From NCBI GenBank assembly GCA_964474825.1, contig CAYYWQ010000001.1, forward strand, positions 1,130,184-1,194,183: 64,000 nt of DNA, given 5' to 3'. Position 1 is the stretch's first letter. Every line of letters starts with the position of its first letter. Shown here one piece after another: positions 1 through 9,285 of this stretch. Source of the DNA: an uncultured Candidatus Saccharibacteria bacterium (GTDB lineage Bacteria > Patescibacteriota > Doudnabacteria > UBA920). The notes beneath the pieces were generated by a model that saw only the letters and a program-made list of their open reading frames with translations, ran no database searches and was not told where the DNA came from. Made by a program: the position numbers and the translations under genes.

Positions 1-1
1 C

Positions 2-91
2 CCACAACAAAGAAAGCGAAGACATTTAGATGAGGAATTAGCTAGAAAAGCAGCAATTAGGTCTAAGCTAGAAGAGTTAAAAGGGGAATAG
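2..91 (+). CDS. 3' end of an unknown CDS cut by the window edge (..PQQRKRRHLDEELARKAAIRSKLEELKGE*)
   Basis: Open frame from the edge to TAG at 89-91, 9 nt before the next ATG. Confidence 0.5.
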   Translation, partial: PQQRKRRHLDEELARKAAIRSKLEELKGE

Positions 92-100
92 TAAGATTAT

Positions 101-895
101 ATGAAAATAGCCAACCTAAAGAATTTAAAGCCTAAGAGTTTGATTGTTTTTGACTTGGACGGGACGCTTGCGCCTACTAAGGCTCAAATGGACAGTGAGA
201 TGGCAGGGTTAATTAAGCAATTGCTTAGTGTGAAAAAAGTTGCGTTAATTGGGGGCGGTAAATTACAGCTGTTTCAGCATCAATTTTTAAGCCAGTTAAA
301 AGTCCCAAAGGAGCTTTTAAAAAATTTGTCTTTGTTTCCAACTACAGGTACAACTTTTTTGCGCTATCAAAGTGGTTGGAAAAAAGTCTACGCGCACAAT
401 TTAACTAAAGCCGAGGTTAAGCAAATCACCGAAGCTGTTAAGCGGGTTTTAGAGGAAATTAAATACAAGCCCGCGGCTAAAACTTATGGAAAAATTCTGG
501 AAAACCGCGGCAGTCAAGTAAGTTGGTCTGCGTTAGGCCAGGATGTAGTTAAGGTTTTGGGGGAAAAGGGAATAGATTTAAAAAACAAATGGCGCGAGGA
601 AAACACTCCACTTAAATTAAAAATTGCCAAACATTTAAGAAAATATTTACCAAACCTGGAAGTCCATGCTGCCGGCCACACCACAATAGACGTTACTAAA
701 AAGGGTATAGACAAAGGCTATGGCCTGCGCCAAATGGAAAAGTATTTAAAGGTGAAAATAAAAGACATGCTGTTTGTTGGCGACGCTATTTTCCCTGGCG
801 GTAATGACTACGCGGTAGTAAGAACAGGTGTAGATTATTTCCCAGTTAAAGACCCGGAAGACACAAAGAAGATTATTAGAGAGGTTCTTAAATAA
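101..895 (+). CDS. HAD-superfamily IIB hydrolase, phosphomannomutase-like
   Basis: FDLDGTL motif I; TIDVTKKGIDKG; FVGDAIFPGGNDY as in PMM-type HAD-IIB. Confidence 0.85.
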   Translation: MKIANLKNLKPKSLIVFDLDGTLAPTKAQMDSEMAGLIKQLLSVKKVALIGGGKLQLFQHQFLSQLKVPKELLKNLSLFPTTGTTFLRYQSGWKKVYAHNLTKAEVKQITEAVKRVLEEIKYKPAAKTYGKILENRGSQVSWSALGQDVVKVLGEKGIDLKNKWREENTPLKLKIAKHLRKYLPNLEVHAAGHTTIDVTKKGIDKGYGLRQMEKYLKVKIKDMLFVGDAIFPGGNDYAVVRTGVDYFPVKDPEDTKKIIREVLK

Positions 896-970
896 TTTCT
901 TCTACAAAATAAAAAACCTCGTAAGAGGTGAGGAGGTCGGCGAGCTTGGCCGACCTCCGTTTTTGTTTCA

Positions 971-1255
971 TTAGGCAACTGCCTTTCTTGGCGGCATTTC
1001 TGCAGCTGTTTCTTCGACGATCCGCCAGTTGGCAAGCCCGTCGAATAAGAAGAAGCAGTCGCGTGGGAGTTCCTCGGCCTCTAGGTCGAGATGGAGGGTG
1101 GAGCCAACGGGGTCGGGTCGGCACCGAACCTTGGTTTTAGGGAGATTAGTTCCCCAAAGTATTCCGAAGTCCGGATCTGTCCGGTTCCAGAAGAATCCGC
1201 GAAGAGCGGCCCACATGAAAAGTTGAGATTCAAACTGAAGTCGCAGGTGAATCAT
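971..1255 (-). CDS. Hypothetical protein, 94 aa (ORFan cassette)
   Basis: AAGGAGG SD just upstream of ATG; TTGTAT-N17-TATACT promoter; GC hairpin downstream (935-959). Confidence 0.65.
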   Translation of the reverse strand: MIHLRLQFESQLFMWAALRGFFWNRTDPDFGILWGTNLPKTKVRCRPDPVGSTLHLDLEAEELPRDCFFLFDGLANWRIVEETAAEMPPRKAVA

Positions 1256-1310
1256 AGCGACCTCCTTTGCTTAAGAGTATATTCCTAAATTTATATTTAT
1301 ACAAATCAAA

Positions 1311-1342
1311 TAAAATACCCCCGCCAAGGCGGGGGTATTTTA
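1311..1342. terminator. Bidirectional intrinsic terminator downstream of trpS
   Basis: TAAAATACCCCCGCC-AA-GGCGGGGGTATTTTA perfect inverted repeat. Confidence 0.85.
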
Positions 1343-1350
1343 CAATAAAT

Positions 1351-2331
1351 TTATAGCAAGCCGATCTTTTGTTTTACTTCTACTAACGTTTCCTGCGCGA
1401 CTTTTTTTGCCTTGTGTGCGCCTTCTCCTAAGACTTCGGCCAAGTATTCGGGTTTAGATAGGAATTCTTTTTTCTTTTCCCTAAACTCTGCAAAGTAATC
1501 GGCTATGGATTTAGCCAGGGATTCTTTAAGTTCGCTGAATTTTAGGGTTTCTGCTCTTTGCGCGTCACGGAAATAACTTATTTGTTCCTGGTCTCCAAAA
1601 TGTTCTAAAAGTACAAATAAATTTTCTACTCCCTGGGACTGTTTACCGGCTTCGCTTGCAGTTACGGATTTTTTAAGTTTTTCCATTATTTCTTTTGGTT
1701 CATCATCAAGGAATAAGCAGCCGGCAGGGGAGGACTTGGACATTTTTTTGTCCGGCTGCTTAAGGTCCATAACTTTGGGGAACTTGGTCCACAGCGGTTC
1801 TATTTCTTTAAAGAATTGCCCAAAACGGTTGTTAAATTTTCTGGCAATAACATTGGTCAGTTCCAAATGCTGCTTTTGGTCAATGCCAACTGGGACAAAA
1901 TTGGCTTTGTAAACCAAAATGTCCGCGGCCATAAGTACTGGGTAGTCAAACAAACCCATGTTAATGTTCTTGGCCTGCTTTTGGGATTTGTCTTTAAACT
2001 GAGTCATGCGTTCCATTTCCGCAACAGGAGTAATGCAGTTAAAAATCCAGGCCAATTCTGTGTGTTCCGGAATTTGGGACTGCAAAAATATTGTAGATTT
2101 GTTTGGGTCTACTCCGGCTGCCAAAAAATTAGCAAGCAAATCCAAAGTCATTCCCTTTTTTTCTTTGGGCTCGTAGTCCTCGCTAATGGAATGGTAGTCT
2201 ACCAAAGTAAAAAAACAATTATACTTCTCAGTATTTTGCAGTGTTACAAAATTAGAAAGCGCCCCTAAATAATTGCCAATATGCAATTTGCCCGAAGGCT
2301 GTATACCCGAAACTATGGTTGGTTTAGTCAT
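1351..2331 (-). CDS. trpS: Tryptophan--tRNA ligase
   Basis: SGIQPSGKLHIGNYLGA, YPVLMAADIL, VPVGIDQKQH, KMSKS. Confidence 0.97.
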   Translation of the reverse strand: MTKPTIVSGIQPSGKLHIGNYLGALSNFVTLQNTEKYNCFFTLVDYHSISEDYEPKEKKGMTLDLLANFLAAGVDPNKSTIFLQSQIPEHTELAWIFNCITPVAEMERMTQFKDKSQKQAKNINMGLFDYPVLMAADILVYKANFVPVGIDQKQHLELTNVIARKFNNRFGQFFKEIEPLWTKFPKVMDLKQPDKKMSKSSPAGCLFLDDEPKEIMEKLKKSVTASEAGKQSQGVENLFVLLEHFGDQEQISYFRDAQRAETLKFSELKESLAKSIADYFAEFREKKKEFLSKPEYLAEVLGEGAHKAKKVAQETLVEVKQKIGLL

Positions 2332-2346
2332 ATAGTAGATTATATC

Positions 2347-2372
2347 AAAAAACTCCCCAAAAGGGGAGTTTT
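2347..2372. terminator. Intrinsic terminator after rnj
   Basis: AAAACTCCCC-AAAA-GGGGAGTTTT. Confidence 0.75.
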
Positions 2373-2376
2373 AAGT

Positions 2377-4206
2377 TTAGACTTCAATTACTACCGGTAA
2401 TACCATTGGTCGTCTCTCTGTTTTCTGGTAAAGGTATTCACCAATTTCATCTCGAATAACATTTCTCAAGTAAGCCCAGTTGGGTTCTAGTTTTTCTTTG
2501 CCTTTGCTTTCAACTAGTTTGCGGACTTCGTGTTTAACTTCTCTTATTAAATCGTCGTTGCCTTTCATATAAATAAAGCCGCGGGAAATAATGTCGGGTT
2601 GGTTAACGAGTTTTCCGCTTCGTCTGTCCAAAGTCATAATAATTACGAACATTCCGTCTTGCGCCATAACTTGGCGGTCGCGAATAACAACTTCGCCAAC
2701 ATCGCCCACACCAAGGCCGTCTATAAAGACATAGCCGCTGGCTATTTTAGGGTCTTCTACAATTTTGGCGTCGCGCGCGGTGTTAAGTTCCAGAATTTGG
2801 CCATTGTCCAAAGTAAAAATGTTGGTGTCAGGAATACCCATGGTTTTAGCGAGCTCAGCGTGAGCTACTATCATGTGGTGCTCACCGTGAATAGGCATAA
2901 AATATTTGGGTTTGACCAAAGCCATCATTAACTTTAATTCTTCCTGCTGGGCGTGTCCGGAAGTGTGGATGTCCAAAGTTTTGTTGTAAATTACGTGCGA
3001 GCCAAGACGTGTTAAGTTGGACAACATGGTTGAAATGGCGCGCTCGTTGCCAGGAATGGGGGAGGCAGAAACAATTGTGGTGTCGCCCTTTTTAATTTTA
3101 ACTGTTTTGTGGTCGCCGCGGGCAATGCGGGCAAGTCCTGCCGCGTCTTCACCCTGGGCGCCGGTGGTTAAAATAACTATTTGGTTGTCCGGCAGTTTTT
3201 TAGCTTGCTCAGACTTTAAAATAATTTTTGGCTGAATTTTAAGGTAACCCAAAGACAGCGCGATTTCAATATTGTTGACCATAGAGCGGCCGGTAACAAT
3301 AACTTTGCGGTTGTATTTGGCTGCGGCGTCAAACACTTGCTGAATACGGGAAATACTGGTACTAAAGTTGGCAAAAATAATTCTGCCTCTTATGTCGCCA
3401 AAGGTTCTGTCTATAGTAATGCCCAATTCGCGTTCGGAAATACAATAGCCGGGCTTGGTCGCATTCGTAGAGTCGGACATTAAAAGCAAAACGCCTTCAG
3501 CGCCGAATTTGGCAATTTTGTCGAATTCCGTAGGCTTTCCGTCTACAGGCGTGTGGTCAAATTTCCAGTCCGTGGCGTAAACAATTTGACCTACCGGAGT
3601 GGTAATGCATAAGCCCATACCGTCCGGGATGCTGTGGTTAGTGCGAAAAAAACGTACTTTAAAATTACCAAGTGACAAAACATCGTCTTTGGTTAATACG
3701 TTTATTTTGGAGCGTCCTAAAACACCGAATTCTTCCAAACGCTTTTTGGTAAAGGCTGCGGTTAAGGCCATGGTGTAAACGGGCGGGTCTCCAAGTTTAG
3801 GGAGAATGTAAGGCACGGCGCCAATGTGGTCTAAGTGACCGTGAGTTAAAATAACTCCGCGAATACGTTTGCGGTTTTCTTCCAGCCATTTGGTGTCCGG
3901 AATAATATAGTCAATGCCGGGCATAGTGTCGTCCGGAAAAGCCAGACCCATGTCTATTACAATTAGGTCGTTGCCGTATTCCAATACGGTCATGTTTTCT
4001 CCGACTTCTTCAATACCGCCCATCGGGATGATGCGCAGGTTCTGGCGGGAAGCCGTGTATGGGCTGGTGGCGGCCGCGGTTTGCGGGTTTAGGCCAGTAG
4101 CCTTGTTTATGAGCATATCCAAACGGTCAGTGCCGCCGTGGGGGTTATGCTGGTTGCTGCCCGGGGCGTTTTGTGGCCGCGGCACAGGCATGTTTTTTCT
4201 CATCAT
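2377..4206 (-). CDS. rnj: Ribonuclease J
   Basis: GGIEEVGENM, THGHLDHIGA metallo-beta-lactamase motif, SDSTNA, HTSGHA, RRPMVLPVVIEV. Confidence 0.96.
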   Translation of the reverse strand: MMRKNMPVPRPQNAPGSNQHNPHGGTDRLDMLINKATGLNPQTAAATSPYTASRQNLRIIPMGGIEEVGENMTVLEYGNDLIVIDMGLAFPDDTMPGIDYIIPDTKWLEENRKRIRGVILTHGHLDHIGAVPYILPKLGDPPVYTMALTAAFTKKRLEEFGVLGRSKINVLTKDDVLSLGNFKVRFFRTNHSIPDGMGLCITTPVGQIVYATDWKFDHTPVDGKPTEFDKIAKFGAEGVLLLMSDSTNATKPGYCISERELGITIDRTFGDIRGRIIFANFSTSISRIQQVFDAAAKYNRKVIVTGRSMVNNIEIALSLGYLKIQPKIILKSEQAKKLPDNQIVILTTGAQGEDAAGLARIARGDHKTVKIKKGDTTIVSASPIPGNERAISTMLSNLTRLGSHVIYNKTLDIHTSGHAQQEELKLMMALVKPKYFMPIHGEHHMIVAHAELAKTMGIPDTNIFTLDNGQILELNTARDAKIVEDPKIASGYVFIDGLGVGDVGEVVIRDRQVMAQDGMFVIIMTLDRRSGKLVNQPDIISRGFIYMKGNDDLIREVKHEVRKLVESKGKEKLEPNWAYLRNVIRDEIGEYLYQKTERRPMVLPVVIEV

Positions 4207-4423
4207 GTCTAAAAATTGTTCTGCCTATTTGCGTTCTAGGCTAAATTAATATTAGTTTATCAATCAGTCTAAAGACCGTGATAAATCTTTTACAGTGGCT
4301 TACTGGGCCGACCATTAAAAGATTTGCTCGCAATTAGCAAATGCCAAATAAAAAAAGATTTTTTATGAGAAATTTGATAACTGATTTTTGCTTTATTTCA
4401 AGACGTTGCTAACCGTTTCTATA

Positions 4424-4452
4424 ATTATACACTGTTAAGGGATTTTTGTCAA
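4424..4452 (-). promoter_or_regulatory. Sigma70 consensus promoter of rnj
   Basis: TTGACA-N17-TATAAT on the minus strand, about 210 nt upstream of the start. Confidence 0.8.
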
Positions 4453-4492
4453 TGTTGTAACTAGATGGCCGAAGGCCACGAGCGAAGCCTTA

Positions 4493-4579
4493 TGGTGCCG
4501 CGGGAGGGACTTGAACCCTCACGACCTTGCGGTCATACGCACCTGAAGCGTACGTGTATGCCAATTCCACCACCGCGGC
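4493..4579 (-). tRNA. tRNA-Leu(CAG)
   Basis: Cloverleaf GCCGCGG..; anticodon arm TACGC-TTCAGGT-GCGTA; long variable arm; GTTCAAGTC; encoded CCA. Confidence 0.95.
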
Positions 4580-4665
4580 GTGAATTCAGTATAAAGTAAA
4601 AAGTTGAAAGTTAAAAGTATTTTTTATATCTGCGCCATCTGTTTCTATCTGCGTATCTGTGGTTT

Positions 4666-6417
4666 TTATTTCCACTCCCTGCTCTGTTCCGTATACCAGT
4701 TGTTTATATCGTAAAAGCGCTGGCTTGGGTCGAATAGGGTTTTTATGCCAATGTTTTTTATGTTAGGTTCAAGCGCGTAAATATAGACGGCTTGGTCCAG
4801 TAAAATAACGGCGTTTTTAGAAGCAATTATGCCGTCCAGCTGTTGGTATTTTTCGTTGCGCGCTGCCTGGTCGGTTGTAGCGCGGGCGTCGTTAATAAGT
4901 TTGTCTAAGTTAGGGTCCGCAAGGCCGGTTAAATTAAAGCCAGGGTCTTTTATTTGGCTGCTGTGCCAAAAAGGGAAAGGGTCTGGGTCGGCGTTGAATT
5001 TTTCCGGGAACAATAAAACATCAAATTGGCGCGGACGGATAACCTGGTCAGTGAGCTGTTTGCTTGGGACTACGGTTAAGTTAATTTTTATGTTGAGTTT
5101 GCGCCATTGCTGGGCTAAGATGTCCGCGGCCTGGGAGTTTAGGGAGGAATCGTTGGTAATTAAGTTAAGTTCCAGGACCTGTTTGCTCTTTGTGCGAAGA
5201 TTGGTGACAGCGTCAATTTTCCATCCATCCTGGTCCAGTAGTTGGTTGGCTCCTGTTATGTCCGGCTGAGCCGACAGGGGGTTGGAAGACAGTCCCTGGC
5301 TTAAAAGTAGAGGGGAAGTGGGCAGCAGGGCCTGGCCGTTAAAAACAGTGTTAATAATTTCCCGGCGGTCCACGGCCTGGCTTAAAGCTTGTCTTACGTT
5401 ACCGTTGCTTAAAATTTTATTGCTTAAATTAAAAAATACAGCCTGGTACTGAGGGAGGGGAAGTTTGAGGATTTGCGAATCGCTGCGGTCTTTGTCAGGC
5501 TCTACAGTACCGCCCAAAGAAACAAAACCAAAGCCTTGGATTTGTCCGCTGTGCAGGGCGTTTTTTGCGTCCTGGTCAGAGTCATAAAATTTTATGGTCA
5601 GGGTGGAGATTTTGGGAGCGCCTCCGTAAAAATCACCAAACGCTTCCAGGGTAATTTGTCCAACTTTGCCGCTGGTGAGCTTGGTTATTTCCTTAATGGC
5701 GTAAGGGCCGCTGCCCACGGCTTTCAGGTTGGTTTCTGAGAGTAAAAAGTTTTGTCCGTTAACCTTTCCCCAAATAGCTTTAGGTAAAATGGGCAGAGTC
5801 AGGTTTTGAATAAAAGGTCCGGAGGCGTTTTTTAAGGTAAATTTTACGGTAAAGTCATCAACTTTTTCCACTGTGGTGGTTTGCCACATTACGCGCAGCG
5901 GACTTTTAAAATTGGGGTCCTGGAGGGTTTGGATGGTAAAGAGTATGTCGTCGGCGGTTACGGGTTTACCATTTTGCCACTTGGCATTTTTTTTCAAAGT
6001 TACGGTGTACTGTTTTAGGTCTTCGGAAATCTGGGGTTGGGCTTCGGCTAAGTCAGGCACCAGCTGGCCGTTGCCGTCGTATTTATAGAGTCCGGAAAAA
6101 ACCAGTTTGGTTAAAGACAGGTCGGGTTCCATACGGGCCAGTACCGGATTAATGTAGGTTGGTTGTCCTACTAATCCTTCACTGTATTCGCCGCCATTGG
6201 CCGGTACTGCAACGGAATGATTGTAATAAAAGTTTTTAACTGACAGGTACAAGTTGGCAAATGCCAAAAGCAGTAAGACTATTACGGCGATTTTTTCCCG
6301 TTTGCCCATTAAAGAAAAAACTTTCCGCAAGTGGGAAAGGCGAAGGTTTTTTATCTGTTTAGCGCCGGTGTAAACTTGCTTGCTAAAAGATATTAAGTTT
6401 TGGAACAAATCGGTCAT
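4666..6417 (-). CDS. ABC transporter substrate-binding protein, family 5 (OppA/DppA-like), N-terminal TM anchor
   Basis: LVFSGLYKYD..LVPDLAE, TVTLKKNAKWQNGKPVTADDILFT, GSGPY, VRQALSQAVDR; no permease adjacent. Confidence 0.88.
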   Translation of the reverse strand: MTDLFQNLISFSKQVYTGAKQIKNLRLSHLRKVFSLMGKREKIAVIVLLLLAFANLYLSVKNFYYNHSVAVPANGGEYSEGLVGQPTYINPVLARMEPDLSLTKLVFSGLYKYDGNGQLVPDLAEAQPQISEDLKQYTVTLKKNAKWQNGKPVTADDILFTIQTLQDPNFKSPLRVMWQTTTVEKVDDFTVKFTLKNASGPFIQNLTLPILPKAIWGKVNGQNFLLSETNLKAVGSGPYAIKEITKLTSGKVGQITLEAFGDFYGGAPKISTLTIKFYDSDQDAKNALHSGQIQGFGFVSLGGTVEPDKDRSDSQILKLPLPQYQAVFFNLSNKILSNGNVRQALSQAVDRREIINTVFNGQALLPTSPLLLSQGLSSNPLSAQPDITGANQLLDQDGWKIDAVTNLRTKSKQVLELNLITNDSSLNSQAADILAQQWRKLNIKINLTVVPSKQLTDQVIRPRQFDVLLFPEKFNADPDPFPFWHSSQIKDPGFNLTGLADPNLDKLINDARATTDQAARNEKYQQLDGIIASKNAVILLDQAVYIYALEPNIKNIGIKTLFDPSQRFYDINNWYTEQSREWK

Positions 6418-6420
6418 TGC

Positions 6421-6642
6421 TTACTTAAGGAGCAAGAGGGCGATGTTTATACCAACGAATAAAATTCCTAAAATAATGGTTGCGTAAAAGAGCCATTTTT
6501 CAAAACCCCGGCGTGTCTGGACTATGTTACCGGCTCCGCCGAAAACATTGGAAAGCCCGGCAGACTTGTTTTGCAGGCTAATGACAACTATGAGGACAAC
6601 CATAACCAGAATGTCCAAAAAGGTGAAAATTGGGTGTTTCAT
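6421..6642 (-). CDS. secG: Preprotein translocase subunit SecG
   Basis: Two TM helices around LQNKSAGLSNVFGG..TRRGFEK. Confidence 0.9.
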   Translation of the reverse strand: MKHPIFTFLDILVMVVLIVVISLQNKSAGLSNVFGGAGNIVQTRRGFEKWLFYATIILGILFVGINIALLLLK

Positions 6643-6748
6643 ATGAGTTCAAAAAGATCTTGATTATTATACTAGAGTTGGGAGGTTGTGTCAAAAGTCC
6701 GTGGTCCTGCGAAAGGCGCGGTTTTTTAAGGATGTTCCGGGCATTGTG

Positions 6749-8599
6749 CTATAACTGTTGGGATATTAGTAATGCGATCCGCTCTCCAACTATTTCAGAT
6801 AAATCATCAAATTTAGTTTTGCGAATATTGGCCACTGTGCCGAATTTTTGTTTAAGGAGTTTTTTGGTTTTAGGGCCAATGCCTGGGATGTCGTCCAGCG
6901 CGGAGCGGACAGCTTGTTTGGACCGAAGCGAGCGGTGGTAAGTTATGCCAAACCTGTGAGCTTCGTCGCGCAGTCTTTGTAAAAGCTGGAGTGCGGGACT
7001 AGTGTGCGGGAGGATGATGGAGTCAGATTTTCCAGGCTGAAAAATTTCTTCTATTCTTTTTGCTAATCCAATAGTAGGGAGTAGGGGGTAGGGGGTAGCT
7101 TGTAGGATTTCCACTGCGGCTGAAAGTTGTCCTTTGCCCCCGTCTATTACTATTAGGTCTGGCACGGGCCACTGCAGTTTTGCTGATCCGCTGATCCGCT
7201 GATTAGCTGATTTACTGACTCTCGCCATGCGGCGAGAAAACATCTCACGCATCATTGCAAAATCGTCCGGCGTCTTCTTGGTTTTTATGCGAAATTTGCG
7301 GTATTCGCTCTTTTTGGGCAGACCCTTTTCAAACACCACCATGCTGCCCACAGCATTGGTGCCTTGTATGTTTGAAATGTCGTAGCATTCTATGCGGTCC
7401 GGAGTTTTTTCTAATTTTAAAACATCTTTTAGCTCTCCCAGCGCCTGGTTAATTTTGTCCAAATGTCCGGCTTGGCTTTGCAACCAGTTTTTTAAATATT
7501 CCTGCGCGTTGGTTTGTCCAAGTTTTGCTAATTCCCGAGCTTTGCCTTTTTGGGGCGTGGTGATGGTAACTTTTTTGTCGAACCTGGATTTAACAATATG
7601 CGCAACTAATTCAGAATCATCAGCATGGGTTTGGGTGTAAATTATTTTAGGGATACTGGAAGTTTCCAAATAATATTTTTCCAAAAACTTTTGTAATGTT
7701 TCCATTCTGTAGGCATCCGTAGTGTTTTTATTCTGTAGTTCCGTAGCCATTTCGTATATAAAATTTTCCTTGTCAAACAATTTCCCGTCACGCACCTTAA
7801 AAAGGTTCACGCAAGCATAGCCGCTGTCTTCGGCCACGGAAACAATGTCCCAGTCAACTTTTTTGGTTAAAATTACGGTTTGTTTTTCATCCAGTAGTTC
7901 CAGACTCCTTAGTTGGTCGCGCATTTTAGCGGCTTTTTCGAACAAACGCTGCGCAGACGCGGCTTTCATTTCCACTTTTACTTCTTGTTTAACCTTGGCG
8001 GTGCGGCCGGACAAGAAGTAGCAAATTTTTTCCAGTTGTTGTTTGTATTCATCCAGTGTTATTTTTCCAACACAAACACCCGGGCAGCGGTGTAAATAAT
8101 AGTAGAAGCACGGCCTGGTGCTTATTTTTTGCGCGCTGCAATAGGGAAATATACGCCTTACTAAATGAAGGGTACTGCGGATTTTGTAGGCTGCGGTGTA
8201 GGGGCCGAAGAGAGAGCTTTTAGCTTTGCTTATTGTAGAGTCAACTTTCCTCACAACTTCAATTTGGGGGATTTCGGTTTCGTAATTAATTTTTATGAAC
8301 GCATAGTTTTTATCGTCCCTCAGCATTATGTTGTAGCGCGGCAAATATTTTTTTATGAGCGTGTTTTCCAAATACAAACTTTCCAGTTCGCTATTTACAA
8401 CCGTGTATTCAAAGTCTGCCGCCTCTGCCATTAAATAGGGGATTTGTTCCCGCGTATCGTGCCCGGAAAAATATTGGTTAACCCTATTTTTTAAGTTTTT
8501 TGCCTTCCCAACATAAATAACCTCGCCATTTGAATTTTTAAACTCGTAAACGCCGGGTTGTTTGGGTAAGTCTTTAAGTTTTTCTTTTAGTTTGTCCAT
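6749..8599 (-). CDS. uvrC: Excinuclease ABC subunit C
   Basis: PGVY..IYVGKAKNLKNRV GIY-YIG; RIECYDISN; IDGGKGQL; RDEAHRF; HhH IPGIGPK. Confidence 0.97.
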   Translation of the reverse strand: MDKLKEKLKDLPKQPGVYEFKNSNGEVIYVGKAKNLKNRVNQYFSGHDTREQIPYLMAEAADFEYTVVNSELESLYLENTLIKKYLPRYNIMLRDDKNYAFIKINYETEIPQIEVVRKVDSTISKAKSSLFGPYTAAYKIRSTLHLVRRIFPYCSAQKISTRPCFYYYLHRCPGVCVGKITLDEYKQQLEKICYFLSGRTAKVKQEVKVEMKAASAQRLFEKAAKMRDQLRSLELLDEKQTVILTKKVDWDIVSVAEDSGYACVNLFKVRDGKLFDKENFIYEMATELQNKNTTDAYRMETLQKFLEKYYLETSSIPKIIYTQTHADDSELVAHIVKSRFDKKVTITTPQKGKARELAKLGQTNAQEYLKNWLQSQAGHLDKINQALGELKDVLKLEKTPDRIECYDISNIQGTNAVGSMVVFEKGLPKKSEYRKFRIKTKKTPDDFAMMREMFSRRMARVSKSANQRISGSAKLQWPVPDLIVIDGGKGQLSAAVEILQATPYPLLPTIGLAKRIEEIFQPGKSDSIILPHTSPALQLLQRLRDEAHRFGITYHRSLRSKQAVRSALDDIPGIGPKTKKLLKQKFGTVANIRKTKFDDLSEIVGERIALLISQQL

Positions 8600-8657
8600 G
8601 TTCTTTAATTATAATTAAGGCTAGACAGAAAGTCTATAAAAATATAATCTTCCAGTA

Positions 8658-8759
8658 ATGAAAAAGTGGCTGTTGTTTTTTGCGGCAATTGTGGTGGCCG
8701 TTGTTGTGGTCCCCATAGGGATACCCCTAGGTACAGGGGTGATGAAGAAAAAGGAATAG
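8658..8759 (+). CDS. Small hydrophobic peptide, 33 aa (MKKWLLFFAAIVVAVVVVPIGIPLGTGVMKKKE)
   Basis: TATAAT 9 nt upstream of ATG; TM or signal-like; in frame with the next ORF. Confidence 0.45.
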   Translation: MKKWLLFFAAIVVAVVVVPIGIPLGTGVMKKKE

Positions 8760-8789
8760 GAGGATAAGGCCATAGACGAAGACGCTGTT

Positions 8790-9092
8790 TTGAAGGGGTT
8801 GGTATTTGCGGTTGCCATATTCATGACCGGAATGGTTTTTTCCGACCATGAGAAGGTCCTGGCTTTCCGGCGGCGGCGTAAAGAAAAGGCTTACCGCAAG
8901 AAGTTCGTTATGCGGCGGCGGCGCATGGGTCAGGAATACCTGCGGTTCCTTGAGAGCTGCCGGCAACCCAAAAAGCCGTTTTTTATTCGCGTGTGGTGCA
9001 CTGCTGTCTATTTGGACCTGGTTTCATTCCGGGCTCGCATGTCAGCGGTTACTCCTCAGCGCGTGGTCATTGAGGATGAAGACGAAGACTAG
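8790..9092 (+). CDS. Hypothetical basic membrane-associated protein (start uncertain)
   Basis: 100-aa ORF; AGGAGG at 8758-8763; followed by hairpin AGCTCAG..CTGAGCT and a T-tract. Confidence 0.5.
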   Translation: MKGLVFAVAIFMTGMVFSDHEKVLAFRRRRKEKAYRKKFVMRRRRMGQEYLRFLESCRQPKKPFFIRVWCTAVYLDLVSFRARMSAVTPQRVVIEDEDED

Positions 9093-9285
9093 CTCAGACT
9101 GTCGTGAGACGGGCTGAGCTTTTTGCATAAAAAAACCCGCCTTTTTGGCGGTTTTATAATGAGCTGATATTTTTTACTTACCCTTTAATTTTAGCATAGG
9201 CAGGCTAATTCGTCGAGCCTGGCCTTTTTTACGACCATTGAATTTGAACAGTCTGTTTACTAATATGTATATGTAAGGAGGATCT

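Noticed and set aside
905-1290. GC-rich stretch considered as RNase P RNA, tmRNA or another ncRNA
   Set aside because: No GAGGAAAGTCC or tRNA-like ends; better explained by the SD-led 94-aa ORF on the minus strand plus a hairpin
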